Positions 51,698 to 64,000 of a stretch of 64,000 bases of DNA are shown here, piece after piece. Location: assembly GCF_036321535.1 (NCBI RefSeq), contig NC_087437.1:35714001-35778000 (forward strand), written 5' to 3'. Numbering within the stretch: the first letter of the stretch is position 1; each line of letters starts with the position of its first letter. The position numbers and the translations under genes were made by a program. This DNA comes from Camelus dromedarius. Taxonomy: Eukaryota. Under the pieces are notes generated by a model. The model did no database searches. It saw nothing but the letters and a program-made list of their open reading frames with translations, and was not told where the DNA came from.

Positions 51698-54539
51698 GTT
51701 TTATTCAAAGCCTAGCACACCTGACTTGTAAATAAATTCTTCATAAAAGTTGTTCTTTCATTAAGATTTTCTAATACTTGATTCAAAAGTAGCAAATGTT
51801 AATCAGCAGGTCTAATGTCAATTTCCTTTTAAGTTGATTTTAGAATAATTGTCCAAATTTGTGAACTGGGAAGAATCAATAACTAACTCTGTATCTCAAG
51901 ATCAGAAAGGTGCAGTACCTAAAAATTATCTTCACTTTTGGATTTTTTTCACATGGGCATGCTGACTTTGGTCCCACCCAAAGGATGGCATAGACACCAA
52001 GGACTGTCTTGGCAGTGCTAGTGGGTCTTCTGTTCCTAGCCATGCAGTTTGTCCAAAGGAAACTTCAGCCACTTCAGAACATTCCTTTCTCATGCAGACC
52101 AGATATTACTGATGCAGCAGTGATTAGAGGAGTCAGATTTATAAAACTGGTCCAGGAAACTTGACACCTAAGTGCTGTTCTTAAGTGGCTGTTTATTTAT
52201 TCCTATGATATGTTTAAACTCATTCTCTGAAGACAAGACTCAGAAAAAGAATATTTATTAGCTTGGTTGGAAGTTAAGTCTAGTTATTCATCCATCCATT
52301 TCTCCAGTTATCCTTTATTATCCCATGTTATCTTGGCTCTGATATGAAGTCTGGAAAATTTATTATTGCCATTCTTTATTCCAGTTCATTCTTGGCTTTT
52401 TGAAGGGATGGGACACTGAAAAAAACCTCTATAGAAGTAAGAGGGATCTTCCAGATTATTCTTTAACATCATACTAAATCATAATATGAAACTCTAAAAT
52501 CCATGATTGTAAAATTCTCAGTTATCAGTGGAAAAAGAAAGGATTTTAGAAAGAAAACCTCAGCTAAAAATTATAAAATTTACTTTTTTAAATTTATTCA
52601 TGGTGAGGATTTTTTTTAAGAAAAGAACTAAACACTATTTGGTAAGTTAGTATTAGAATAAAAATCAGTACCATTAAAACAAGGATAAGAAGGCATAAAT
52701 ATTTCTTAGAAATTCAGTTTTGTTCTCTGTTTTGTGGTTTACTCCCATAAAATGAGAATCCAACTAATTAAACACTAAATTCAGTATATAGCAGTTCAAA
52801 ATGTGAAAAAAAAAAAAGGAGAAAAAGCCTAAGGATACAAAAAAAAATGTTTCACTTTTCTTTTACTTTTATGGGATTTTTAATCTCACTCAGCTGTCAA
52901 TCAGTTTCATTATTTTGGGCACGTTCTTCAAGCAACCTAAATTGTTCCCACAGTGACAGACAAACCAAAGAAACAGTCAAACACTGAAGAGTATGTGATT
53001 TCACCAGAGGCCTTAAACAGTAGAGTGGCCCAGAAAATCTCTATTAAGTAAAAAGAGGTAGGAACCTTCAATGACAGCTTTAAACATAGAAGGAAAATGT
53101 TCTCTGTATTTTTCCCTCAATATGCCCTATCAAAACCAAAATATCTTAATAATGCAAAATAAATAACAATGACAATGAAAATCTTGCCATGCACCAGATA
53201 GGAAGTATATTTTAACATGCAAAAACTTATACTTTGAAATGCAGTGTGGTTCACTGACATTAATGCAAATATATTTGAAAGAAAATGAGATCGATCCTCT
53301 AGTTTAAAAAGATAACATGTGGTCAGATTTTATTTAATTTTTTTAAAATTATTAAATTTTTATGTTTAACTGGAGTTTTCTATTTTCTGTTTCTGCTTTT
53401 TGACATATGAAGTAGCACATATTTTACAATAAAAAAGGTTTACATTAATGCGAACTTTTAAATTTAAGTTCTTAATTTTTTGAGAATCATACTTTTTCCA
53501 TATCTTTGAACATACACATTAGCCTCTTTCCCTATTTGTACCAAAAGCCAAATTTACAATAAATTTAAGCCTATTTTTGAGGTTCTGTATTTCTGATACA
53601 TAATAGTAAAAATAAAATATTTTGTAGGTGAAATTTTTAAATGCCTTAAAGTTTATGAATTCTTGGCCAAAGAACAAAGTTTTAGGCTCTACCACAGCAA
53701 TCTATTCATTTGAAGTAAAAAAAATTCTATTTCATTGTTAGGTGACATGATTTAGAATTAATATACATGAAGATTAAGAGTTTGTTATAAACAAATTAAA
53801 AACGCTATTTAAATTTTTTTCTCATTCAGTTTTCAATTCATTAGAAACAAATTAACCAGTAATTATAAATTACTTCACTTGTGTGTCCATTTATTAATTT
53901 TCTCCTAAAGTTTTCCTCCAGTTATCTTCCATAAGTACATGAAGATGAGTAAATAGCAGGTAAACAAATGAATAACACTTCAGAACTCAACAGAAATTAC
54001 TCTTGTTGAGAAAAATCAGTGCACGAGGAAACTAAACTTACAAAAATGTTAAAATCCATGTCACCTATTAAAATTTTTAAAATGTCGAACACAGAAACAG
54101 ATTAGCTTTTGCTTCAAATTTAATTTGTTTGGTTTGTGAAGGTGTTAAGAAGCAAACTAACATTCAGAAAATTTTATATATCCTAGCAAATAAAATGTTT
54201 TGAAAGCAATGAGGAAATTAATAATATTTTCAGTGTTTGTCATAATAATGAAAATTACTATATACTTTTCTGTGTATTTAGTGTTGACCATGCTTCACTC
54301 CCTCTAATTATATTACGACTTTTATAAACATTACATTCTATGATTCTTATTTTAATTTTGGAAACAAGAGGGAAATAACGAATCATTTAAATAATTGTGG
54401 TATTTACAAAACTCATTGTAGACAGGATAGCAATACTGATGACTAAGATTAAGAAAAAAAGCTGTATAAAATTTACCACTTATATTCTTAGCATTTTTTT
54501 TCCTTATTCATTTATAAGTATATATTTGTATTCAAAAGT

Positions 54540-55094
54540 TCAGTGCCAAGCGTCACTAACCACCCCCAGGTTTGATGTCTTACTAGGAGGACTCTGCAGA
54601 CCCTATACATGGTCGTAATGAAGACTTTGATTTATTTTGGTGAAAGGATGGAAAGCAAAATCAGCAAAGGGAAAAGGTGGGTGGGTAAAGTCTGGGGAAA
54701 CCAGTTGCAAACTTCAGGGGTCTTCTGGTGGAGTCACACAGAACTTGCTTAATTCTTTCAAGAATGAGTTGTGATGGAACATGTGAAATGTGGCCAACTC
54801 ACCAGTGAGGCAAGTTCATAAGAGACTCTTCGCCTAAGTTGTTACTGGATGTTGATTATGGAGGTGCCCTCTGCCTGATGCATCAGCAAATTCCACATTC
54901 CCCAAAGAAAGGCAGGCATTCAGTATAAACCATATCTTTTGTGTAGTTGAGGTACGCTGAACCACTCTTCTCAGTTAATATTCTTGGGACCCCTCCTAAA
55001 ATCCAAGTTCCCAGATGGTAGCCAAGAGTCAACTTTATAAATAGGCCTTTCAAAGTAGAGCAGTTAGGTCTGCTGTGTTAGCTCTTTCTTCACA
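54540..55094. mobile_element. ERVL LTR, MER21 family
   Basis: 'accacccccaggtttgatg...aaaatcagcaaagggaaaagg...aaatccaagttcccaga...ctgctgtgttagctctttcttcaca' matches recalled MER21. Confidence 0.8.
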
Positions 55095-55156
55095 GTTTCA
55101 TATTGTGTTGTTGATTGTTTTCTAGTTAATTTTAAATATATGAACATCTTTTAAAA

Positions 55157-55350
55157 TTTTTTCTTTTATTGACGTATAGTTGCTATACAGTATATGTAAG
55201 TTGTAGGTGTACAATGTAGTGATTCATAGTTTTTAAAGGTTACATTCCATTTATAGTTATTAGAAAGTATTGGCTATATTCCCTGTATTATACAGTATAT
55301 CCTTGTAGCTTATTTTATAATTTGTACCTCTTAATACCCTACTCTTCTAT
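55157..55350 (-). mobile_element. L1 3' end (laurasiatherian type)
   Basis: 'ttttattgacgtatagttg...ggtgtacaa...ttggctatattccctgt'; same family as 3931-4140, opposite strand. Confidence 0.85.
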
Positions 55351-58300
55351 TTTCCTCTTTTGATATCAATAAATATCATTCTCATATATTTAAAAGCTAT
55401 ACTGTTTCCAGTTTTATGCATGCACTGTTATTTATTTAATAAATCCATTGGTAGATTTTAAAATGTGGGTTCATATTTTCACTGAAATAAAATGCAGTGA
55501 ATATTAAAATTATGTCCTTGGGATAAATTCCCAGAAATGAAATTACAAAGGATTTTGAAGTATACTGTGCTCTCCTCCAGATCTTTAACAATATACATAC
55601 TCACCAAACAGCAATGTTTGAGTTCAGGAAATTATTGTTTACAATAATTTATTAACTTGATAAGACAAAAGTGAATCATCCTTATTGCCTTATTTAAACT
55701 TCTTTGATATTGTTGGTGTTAAACGTTTAAAAATATATCTTTAAGCCATTTGTAATTTGTCTTTTTTAAGTGTGTATTCATTTAACTCAAATTCTTTGCC
55801 AGCAACTGTAACAAAATAAAGTCATGATTGAAAAGAAATGAAATTAAAACACCAGTTGCAATTAATAATAATGAAATAAAAGCACCACCATTTTTGTCCA
55901 AGTTAGTTTGCATGTATCTAGCCTCATGAATTAATTTACTTAGTATTTCTCACTACTGAAGAGTGATAGGCATGGTACCAGTTTATATTAGTGCAAATGA
56001 TAGATTTTTCTACAAAACTTGTAGTGAGATGTTTTCAGGGGTTTATTTAAATAAGCAATTAATGCAGATAATCTTACACACTAAAGGACATTCATAGAAC
56101 CTTTTAAAACTTGGATTCTTAATTTTCTAAGATTTGATTTGTTTTTGAGATCTAGCAGTTGAGTTTTCTAAATGATAATTTTGTTAATTTAAATACTTTT
56201 GGTAGAAAATTAAAACCTCTTTCCAGTTACATTATATATCTGAAAATGTAAGATATAATTTAGGTAATAATTGTGAAATTTAGATTTTCCCCCTGAATTA
56301 AGCTAGCTTTCTTCAATACTTTATAATTAAAGTTTCTTTTTGATGCTATTAAATATTTGGGTAGCTTTAATCTTTTGGGGAAGGAAATCTATATAGCACA
56401 ATCTCAAATATTCTTACTGTATTATGTATATAATATATAATCAGTTTTCAAACAAGTTTCTAATTAATACTGATCAATCTCTTTTAATTCTAGTACTAGG
56501 ATGAAAAATCAATCAAAATTATATGTCAAAGTATATTTTCATCTTGAAAGCAACAGTCAAGTTTGTTTACATTAACTTTTAAATGTTGATTAAACAAATT
56601 GAGAGGAAAATAGGCCCAATAAAAAGCACAGGTTGCCCTTTATTCAGAACTTATTAAAAAAAATTAGAGATATTGTCATTATTTACCTGGCAAAGAAGAG
56701 AAAGCAAATGACAGACAGAACAAAGGCTATCCAATTGCTACGATTATAATGAAAATCAGTGAAGTTTAATTTATTCTGTATCATTATGAGGACAGGGAGA
56801 ATTCTGAAGTGGAAGGCAATACATCAGAAGTAGATAGAAGTCGATATTAACTTTTGTTTTAATATACAGAATGTGAGATCGCCACATAGTGATTGAAGGG
56901 GAAAAACAATGAAAACCCAAACAAGGTTAAATAGTTAATACTAAAAATCCTTGTACCGCTGTGGAAGGAATTTCTTTTCAGCTAATTGTTTGCATATAAT
57001 CAAATAGGAAGTCTATTAAAGACTGTTTGCTTGGCATTTAGAATCCACTGTAAATTGATAGTCTGAATGAAGACTTCTATATTTGGAGGAAATTATTCTA
57101 AATTAATTCGAGAAAGAGTTCACAGGGTATGGTTTTTGACAGTCATGAAAGAATTCTGGTGCACCTGCTTTGGAACATTTTCCCCTTGTATAAATGTGTC
57201 TGCTAATTTGCTTAGTTTGTGGTAAGTAATTTGCATAAATCTATAATGTAGCTGTCAGATTCTTTCTTTCTTGTAGTATTATGATGCTAATAGAGAAGTG
57301 AAAAATAAAATTGAAAAAGTCTTTTTAGACCCAACACCACTATACTCGACATTTGTATACTCTTTATGATAAGTATAGCATCAGCTTTTCTGTGGTAATG
57401 CTTTAATCATCTTAGCTGCTGGGCATTAGGGCTACACAGTATTTGCACAGGACAATAATATTTAAACTAATGGAAGTTAGAGATGTTTTTCAGTGTGTGA
57501 AGCTTTCTCCTTTCATTCCAGTGGGTGGGAGCAGATTGTGGATAAACAAGATGAATTCATACTTGAAAACTTAGAGGCATTCTTTGCCAGTCATTTCCTT
57601 AGCCTTTTTCCTCTAAATGTCTCCAACTAAAATGTTGTAGTTAAAGTGAAGCAGTGATATGGAAATATTGACATAAAATAGATTATTGCTTTATCAACTC
57701 TTTAAACTATTTATAATTTCCAATCTTGAAAAAAAACTCAATTCATCCCAAAGATATACCTTTGAGAGTCTATTCACTGCTTATCGTTTTGAGAAAGTAT
57801 TAGTGACCATGAATAGAAATTTGTCTTTCACAAATATAAAATGTTTTCACGTTCAAAGCAATAGTAAGAAGTCATCCTTTCCAAATTTAGGATAAACATA
57901 AATCAAACAAAAAACATCAGCCAATAAACTATAAACTTTATTATTATTGTTATTTTATCCTAACTAGGCACCCTTAGGTCAGTAGATTTCAAGTGGTTAG
58001 TCATATTAGCCAAACAGTATCCAGAGCACCTAACCAGAAATTGTTTCTTTTGTGCATTCATTTTGTTTAAAATACAGTTTTATCTACAAAAGGACTACAA
58101 GCTGTGTCTATAAATATAAGCTGGATTGACGTAAGAAGGCAGCCAAGTTGTTAATGAATTCTATAAAATGCCAGGAAAAATGTGAAGCAGCACAATTCAG
58201 AAGCAATTCTTAAGAGAGTATCTGAAAAGCCACCTTCCTTCCCATTGACAAGGAAGATGTTAGCATACTGAAAAAAATAGAAGAAAATTTCAGAGGAGAA

Positions 58301-58687
58301 AGATAATAGAAGGAAAACTGTAAACAAGAGCAGGTATGCAGTCAGGGGAGGGAGTCCCTGAATGATACGACTCATCAAAAAACACCCTTAATCATAAGAT
58401 ATCATACCGAAGTTGTCAATTCACCCCAACCTAGAAGTGGATTTTAAGGTTCTCTCTTTCTTTTTAACTCTGTACCTGTATCTCTCACACACACTAGCAC
58501 CCACACAAACATGCACAACTTCCAAAAATAAATCTTTAAAAATCCCAAAGGCTCATAACAAGTGAAAACAACAACATTCAAAGCATCTTCATGTATACCC
58601 AGAGGGATGGATAGGATAGCTAGATAGATACCTTAGTAAACATGGCACTATTTTCTTCTAGTCCCTTTAAAGAATTACTTATTTTCA

Positions 58688-59877
58688 GCTTAAAGACTTC
58701 AATATAAGACAAGATATGATAAACCTCCTAGAGGAAATATAGGCAGAAACATTCTCTGACATAAATCTTAGCAATGTTCTCCTAGGGTAGTCTACCCAGG
58801 CAATAGAAATAGGAGCAAAAATTAACAAATGGGATCTAATTAAACTCATAAGCTTTTGCAAAGCAAAGGAAACCATAAGCAAAAGAAAACAACAACCTCA
58901 GGAATGGGAGAAAATATTTGCAAATGATGTGACTGACAAAGGTTTAACTTCCAGAATATGTTAACAGTTCATAAAACTTAGTAATAAGAAAACAAACAAC
59001 GCAATCCAGAAATGAGGAGAAGACCTAAATAAGCAATTCTCCAATGAAGACATACAAGTGATCAATAGGCACATGAAAAAAATGCTCAATATTGCTAATT
59101 ATCAGAGAAATGCAAATCAAAACTACAATCAGGTATCACTTCACACCAGTCAGAATGGCCATCATTCAAAAAGTCCACAAATGATAAATGCTGGAGAGGG
59201 TGTGGAGAAAAGGGAACCCTCCTACACTGTTGGTGGGAATGTAGTTTGGTGCAGCCATTGTGGAAAACAGTATGGAGATTCCTCAAAAAACTAAAAATAG
59301 ACTTACTGTATGATCCAGCAATCCCACTCCTGGGCATATATCTGGAGAGAACTCTAATTTGAAAAGATACATGAACCCCAGTGTTCATAGCAGCACTATT
59401 TACAATAGCCAAGACACGGTAACAACCTAAATGTCCATCAACAGATGACTGGATAAAGAAGTTGTGGTATATTTATACAGTGGAATACTATTCAGCCATA
59501 AAAATAATAAAATTAAGGCCATTTGCAGCAACATGGAATGACCTAGAGATTGTCATTCTGAGTAAAGTAAGCCAGAAAGAGAAAGAAAAATACCATATGA
59601 TATCACTCATATGTGGAATCTAAAAAAGGAAAGAAAGAGGATGCTAATGAACTCATCTACAAAACAGAAACAGACTCACAGACGTAATAAACAATCTTAT
59701 GGTTACCTGGGGAAAGAGGGTGGGAAGGGATAAATTTTGGAGTTTGAGATTTACAAATGTTAGCCACTATATATAAAAATAGATTTAAAATTTTTCTTCT
59801 GTATAGCACAGAGAAGTATATTCAATGTCTTGATGCATGACTGGAACATTGTGCTATACACCAGAAATTGACACATT
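58688..59877 (+). mobile_element. Artiodactyl/camelid-type L1: ORF2 C-terminal remnant and 3'UTR, frameshifted, no poly(A)
   Basis: ORF2-like '[20 protein letters not shown]' in ORF 59058-59294; 'gatccagcaatcccactcctgggcatatat'; 3'UTR 'tatagcacagag...tgctatacaccagaaattgacac'. Confidence 0.95.
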
Positions 59878-59954
59878 ATTTTATTTTTTTTTAATTTTTA
59901 AAATTTATAATTACCAGAGAGGTTGATTAAATTAGGGGAAATAATTATTCATTT

Positions 59955-60140
59955 TCTTTTGAGATATAATTTACCTACAGTGGTATCCGCAGATATTAGG
60001 TGCAAAATTCTATGAGTTGGAACAACGTATACATCCTGTAGTCAAGGTACAGAACATTTTCTCCAAACTGGAATTTTACCTTGCATCTCCCTTAGGTCAA
60101 TCTGCCCCTCAGATAAGCTACCCTTCTGATTGCTCTCAGA
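59955..60140 (-). mobile_element. Old L1 3' end fragment
   Basis: 'tttgagatataatttacctacagt...tctatgagtt...tcaaggtacagaacattt'. Confidence 0.65.
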
Positions 60141-60759
60141 ATTTTTTGTCAGGGATTAGTGGAGAGAGCTTGTCCTATTAAAAAAAACAAAACAAACAAA
60201 AAAAAAACAAGACAATAAGAGAAAGTGACACTGGATCATGGACAGTTCCGATGAGGCTCTCTTGATATCATTATCAGGTGCCAAGGGACAACCTGATGTT
60301 GTTTTGGTTGTAATTTGGTTGAGGCCTAGAAACATACCTGACTTCCACTGCACACTCACTGGGACAGACTGCCATGAATAATACTAATGATAGTAATATA
60401 CTAATAATATTGCCACCATGTAACCCAGCACAATTCTTGGTCCTATACCTGTAATTTAAACAGAATGATACATAAGCAGTAAAAGAAACACAGCACTCAC
60501 CTGTGGGTCCTAGAAAATGTGGGGTGGGAGCATGGGGAGGAGAGAGAATGAAAATTCACATATTATCAGAATAACCAAAATGGTGCAGTTAAATGAAATG
60601 ACATTGCTAAAGGCAGCTAATAACAACCTGGACAAAAATTACTAAATCCACATAAAGAGATTTGATTGTAGTATAAAATCACTTTCTGGAATATAAAATT
60701 TGATTTTCAAATTAAAAAACAGATAAAATGATGAGGATATTTCCTCTTCAGATTTGAAT

Positions 60760-61310
60760 ATGTGGCCTGGAGGAAGCAGCAAGGAGATTGTCTCAAAGCA
60801 CAGAGCAAAAATACAGTGATAGAAATTGTGAGAGAAAAGCTGGAAGGATTGGAAGATCAAGAAGAAGTAATTTGGAAATAACTTGCTATCAGAAGGAGAA
60901 ATAGGAATAACTGAGTTTGAGGCAATAATTAAAATATAGTAAAATAAAAATTTAGTGAACAGACTGGAGAAAGCAGATTGAAAACCAATTGCATCAATTT
61001 TTTAGGCAAGATTAATTAGAAAAGCAATACAAAAGCATATCCTAAAATAATATTAAACTATAGAAATAAACAGAAATCATATTAGTTTACACAATAAGAT
61101 AATATAATTTTAAAGGGACAAGAAAGAAATCAAGCTGGTCTTGGAGCTTTCATCTTTATCACATATGAACCATTGAAAAAATAACAATCACATACCAACC
61201 AAGATAACATTTCACCTGTTATGACTATACATATATATTTGCAGATACATAAGGATTCAGAGAATATATCATGTAAATATTGAATTCTCAAAAAATTGAG
61301 TCTAACTAAG
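60760..61310 (+). mobile_element. Old L1/HAL1 ORF1-region remnant
   Basis: A-rich 'gcacagagcaaaaa...gagagaaaagctggaagg', 'cagattgaaa', 'aaatcaagctggtcttggagcttt'. Confidence 0.5.
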
Positions 61311-62119
61311 CAAAAAATAAATTAACAACACAGGTTTCAATGTAGGAATAAATAAATGAGTGGAGGAAAAACTTATGAGCCTCTGTGAATTCATACATGC
61401 GAAATGTAGAATTTGAAATGAGGACCTTATGCAAAATCATTATAAATTCTCATATTCTAGTTAGGATGAAGTAGTGAAGAAATAGATCATCTTGGTGTTT
61501 GACACTACTAGTATCATGTAATAGCTTTCATGTAATAGTAGAGAAGTAAAAGTTGAGTCTCATTAAGAGGAAAGTAAGTTAAGTCAGTTACACACATGTA
61601 GGTTGTACAATGCACAAGGCGCCAAACTTCATATTGTAGATGGACATGTATTTTATTACAACTTGTAATTAGCAGGTGTAATTAAACAGATTTTACAGAT
61701 GTAGTTAAAGTAATTATTCTAACAAAATCCTTATATTATGGTAGTTATACTGATTGGAAGTCTAGTGTTTTGAGGAAACAGAGTAATTTTTCTATTAACA
61801 GAAAGGGGTGACATGAGCTAGCAATGACATTCCTGCTGTGGTGCAGCAGGCAACTGAGATATCAGTGGATCTTTACTGAAATTCTTGAAACTTCCTTTTC
61901 TCCTGAACACTTTCCCTGATCCTGGATTCTCTTGCCCTTTCCACAGTTTTATAAGTAACTGATTCCTTACATTATATGCACTCTTTGTGAGAATGTCTAT
62001 AGTCTAAGATACCTTTGACTGGTAACTGACTAATGCAGTAGTGTTGAGAATCTTTGTATGCTTTGTTCCTATGTTTGTTACTATTTTTATTTGCTAACAT
62101 TGTTACTTCTCATACTGTT

Positions 62120-62320
62120 TTGTACCTGGCATGATGCTATATGATTTCATTTAATATATAATCACCATTACAGACCTGAGTGATGAACATTATATTCTCT
62201 ATTTTTAGGAAGAGAAAACATGGATTGGAGAGTTTAAGTAAGTTTCCAAAACCAACTAGTACCTTATAAGCCAGGCTTTAAACCTATATTTTTCTGACTT
62301 GAAATCCTTTACCCTTTAAA
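62120..62320 (-). mobile_element. MIR SINE
   Basis: 'tattctctatttttaggaagagaaaac...gagagtttaagtaa...gccaggctttaaacct'. Confidence 0.7.
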
Positions 62321-62889
62321 TATGTCTTGTTTCTTCTTATAAAAGTTCATCCACAGAGGATAGAGTTCTTAAACTTCTTTGAGATCATACTCATTTAAAA
62401 TCATTTTCCCAAGTAATATTGTCCATATAAACTTGTATTACTAGCACTGACTGTTCCAAATTCTTTCAGATAACCTTTAGGTAGCCTAATCACATCATTC
62501 ATTTTCTTGGCATGTTGGCTGTGGTGAAACTTCTAATAGACAATTAGCACCTCTTTAATGTAACATATTGTGTGTGACTTGAGCTATGGTGACAAGAAGA
62601 CATGGTAGCAAACTAATTAGCAGAATGAAATTAATTCTCACTCAATAAATATTTAAGAAGAAATGAAATTTAGCTCTGAAAAACTGAAGTGGCTTGATGT
62701 TCAGCTAAGTGAAATATTGAATGCGTAATAGTACGTGGGAGAGAGGACTTATTTGAATAGCTAAATTTCTGATGTTTCTTCGATAGTTACAAGTTGAGAT
62801 GATTTTTAAGGGACATGTGTAGACTTGTTGAAGTTCCCTTAAAGATATATTAAAATCTTTTTTTTTTTTTTTTTTTTTTTTTTTGAGTC

Positions 62890-63140
62890 TGGAGTCTTTT
62901 GGTGGCAAGTAACAAAAACCCATCTCAGAAAAGCTTTAGCAAAGAAAAAAAAGAGGAATACATTGGCTTCTGTATCTGAGGAATCTAGATCTCATTAGCT
63001 ACCGCTGGACACAAGGATGTGCATGATGATTTTGGGCTTTGTCTCTCCCCGTAGTTTGGTTCTGCTGCCATTTGTGCTGCTGACTTCATTGTTCAGTTTC
63101 TCTGTGTGTAACAAGGAAGGTCGCTGATTCCTTAAATGTA
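62890..63140 (-). mobile_element. Old MaLR LTR fragment (MLT1J/K-like)
   Basis: 'ttttggtggcaagtaacaaaaacccatctca...ttagcaaagaaa...attggct'. Confidence 0.6.
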
Positions 63141-63145
63141 CCTCT

Positions 63146-63512
63146 TGCTATTGTTGAGTGTTTGTGTTTCTCCCAAATTCAGATGTTGAATTCACCTAAT
63201 CCCCAAGGTGATAATAGAAGGTTGGGATCTTTGGGAGATGACTGGGTCATCAGAGAAGAGCCCTCGTAAATGGGTTTAGTGCCCTAATTAAAGCTGTCTG
63301 AGAAAGCACTCACCCTTTCCTCCGTGAGAGGACATAATGGAAGGATGTCTTCTAAGAACCAGGAAGTGAGCCTCACCAGGCAGGGAACCTCACCATGTGG
63401 TCTCCCCTAAATCTGACTTCCAGACCCCAGAAATGTGAGAAATAAATTTCTGCTGTTTTTAAGCCATCTTCTCTGTAGTATTTCATTATAGTAGCCTGAA
63501 TAGAATAAGGTA
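63146..63512 (+). mobile_element. ERVL-MaLR solo LTR, MLT1A-like
   Basis: 'tgcta...cccaaattcagatgttgaa...ccccaaggtga...aatgggtttagtgccct...gacttccagaccccagaaatgtgagaaataaatttctgctgtt'. Confidence 0.88.
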
Positions 63513-63639
63513 TCCCTCTGTTTCATCTGTCACAATGCCCCAACTTACCTTAGCAACCACAGTGAAAAAAACCACTTTTCTTTCCACATGCCACTCCTGA
63601 GTAGAACACTGCATAATTGCACATGATTTTCAACAAATG

Positions 63640-63850
63640 CATTTATTTAACAAATATTTATATATCACCTACTATATTCTAAGCACTCCTCTAAGTGTTA
63701 GAAACATTAACTCATTAATCTTTGTAAACACTCGAAGAGGAATGTACTATTATTATCTCTCTTTTACCCAGGAGGGAGTTGAGACACAGACAGGTTGAAT
63801 ATTTAACAAGTGACAGAGCCAGGATCAGAGCACAGCAGTCTCATTCCAAC
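63640..63850 (-). mobile_element. MIR SINE
   Basis: 'cacctactat...ttaactcattaatc...tactattattatctctcttttac...tgagacacaga...gagccaggat'. Confidence 0.75.
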
Positions 63851-64000
63851 AAAAACGTTGTATTGATTCTCCATGTGGAGCAAAAAATGTTGCCAAGGTG
63901 AAAAATGCTCCTCAAGTTAGGTTACCATTGGATAAAGCTTACATCTGGGAGGGGGGAAGGGTGACTTCTGGGATTAGAGAAAAATGGGGAGGAAAAGCTT

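Noticed and set aside
1..64000. CRISPR arrays, operons, rRNA/tRNA genes, intact transposase or reverse transcriptase genes, or a novel multi-gene system
   Set aside because: No regularly spaced repeat-spacer array, no listed ORF above 124 aa and no structured RNA gene were seen. The direct repeats found are two-copy TSD-type pairs.

Overview
This is AT-rich mammalian non-coding DNA (intronic or intergenic), not prokaryotic or viral. It carries a pan-eutherian repeat set: MIR, L2, L1M, MaLR MLT1, ERVL MER74/MER21, Tigger MER44 and hAT MER63. Younger artiodactyl-type L1 3' ends are also present. I saw no Alu, B1/B2, Bov-tA/BovB or PRE1, so a camelid is my best guess (inference from recalled consensus sequences). 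I recognise no protein-coding gene. The supplied ORFs are explained by a microsatellite, L1/LTR remnants or chance. I found no CRISPR array, rRNA, tRNA or novel multi-gene system. The best-supported curiosities are small: a 24-nt tailless U6 snRNA retrocopy between 20-bp direct repeats, a perfect 24-bp inverted duplication around a (TA)n tract, a ~24-nt retro-insertion with a 13-bp TSD, and a 186-nt pure-pyrimidine compound microsatellite. There are also a CpG-retaining AP-1/FOX/GATA cluster and a few unproven exon-like segments. Repeat family names come from memory and boundaries of old repeats are approximate; confirm with RepeatMasker/Dfam.
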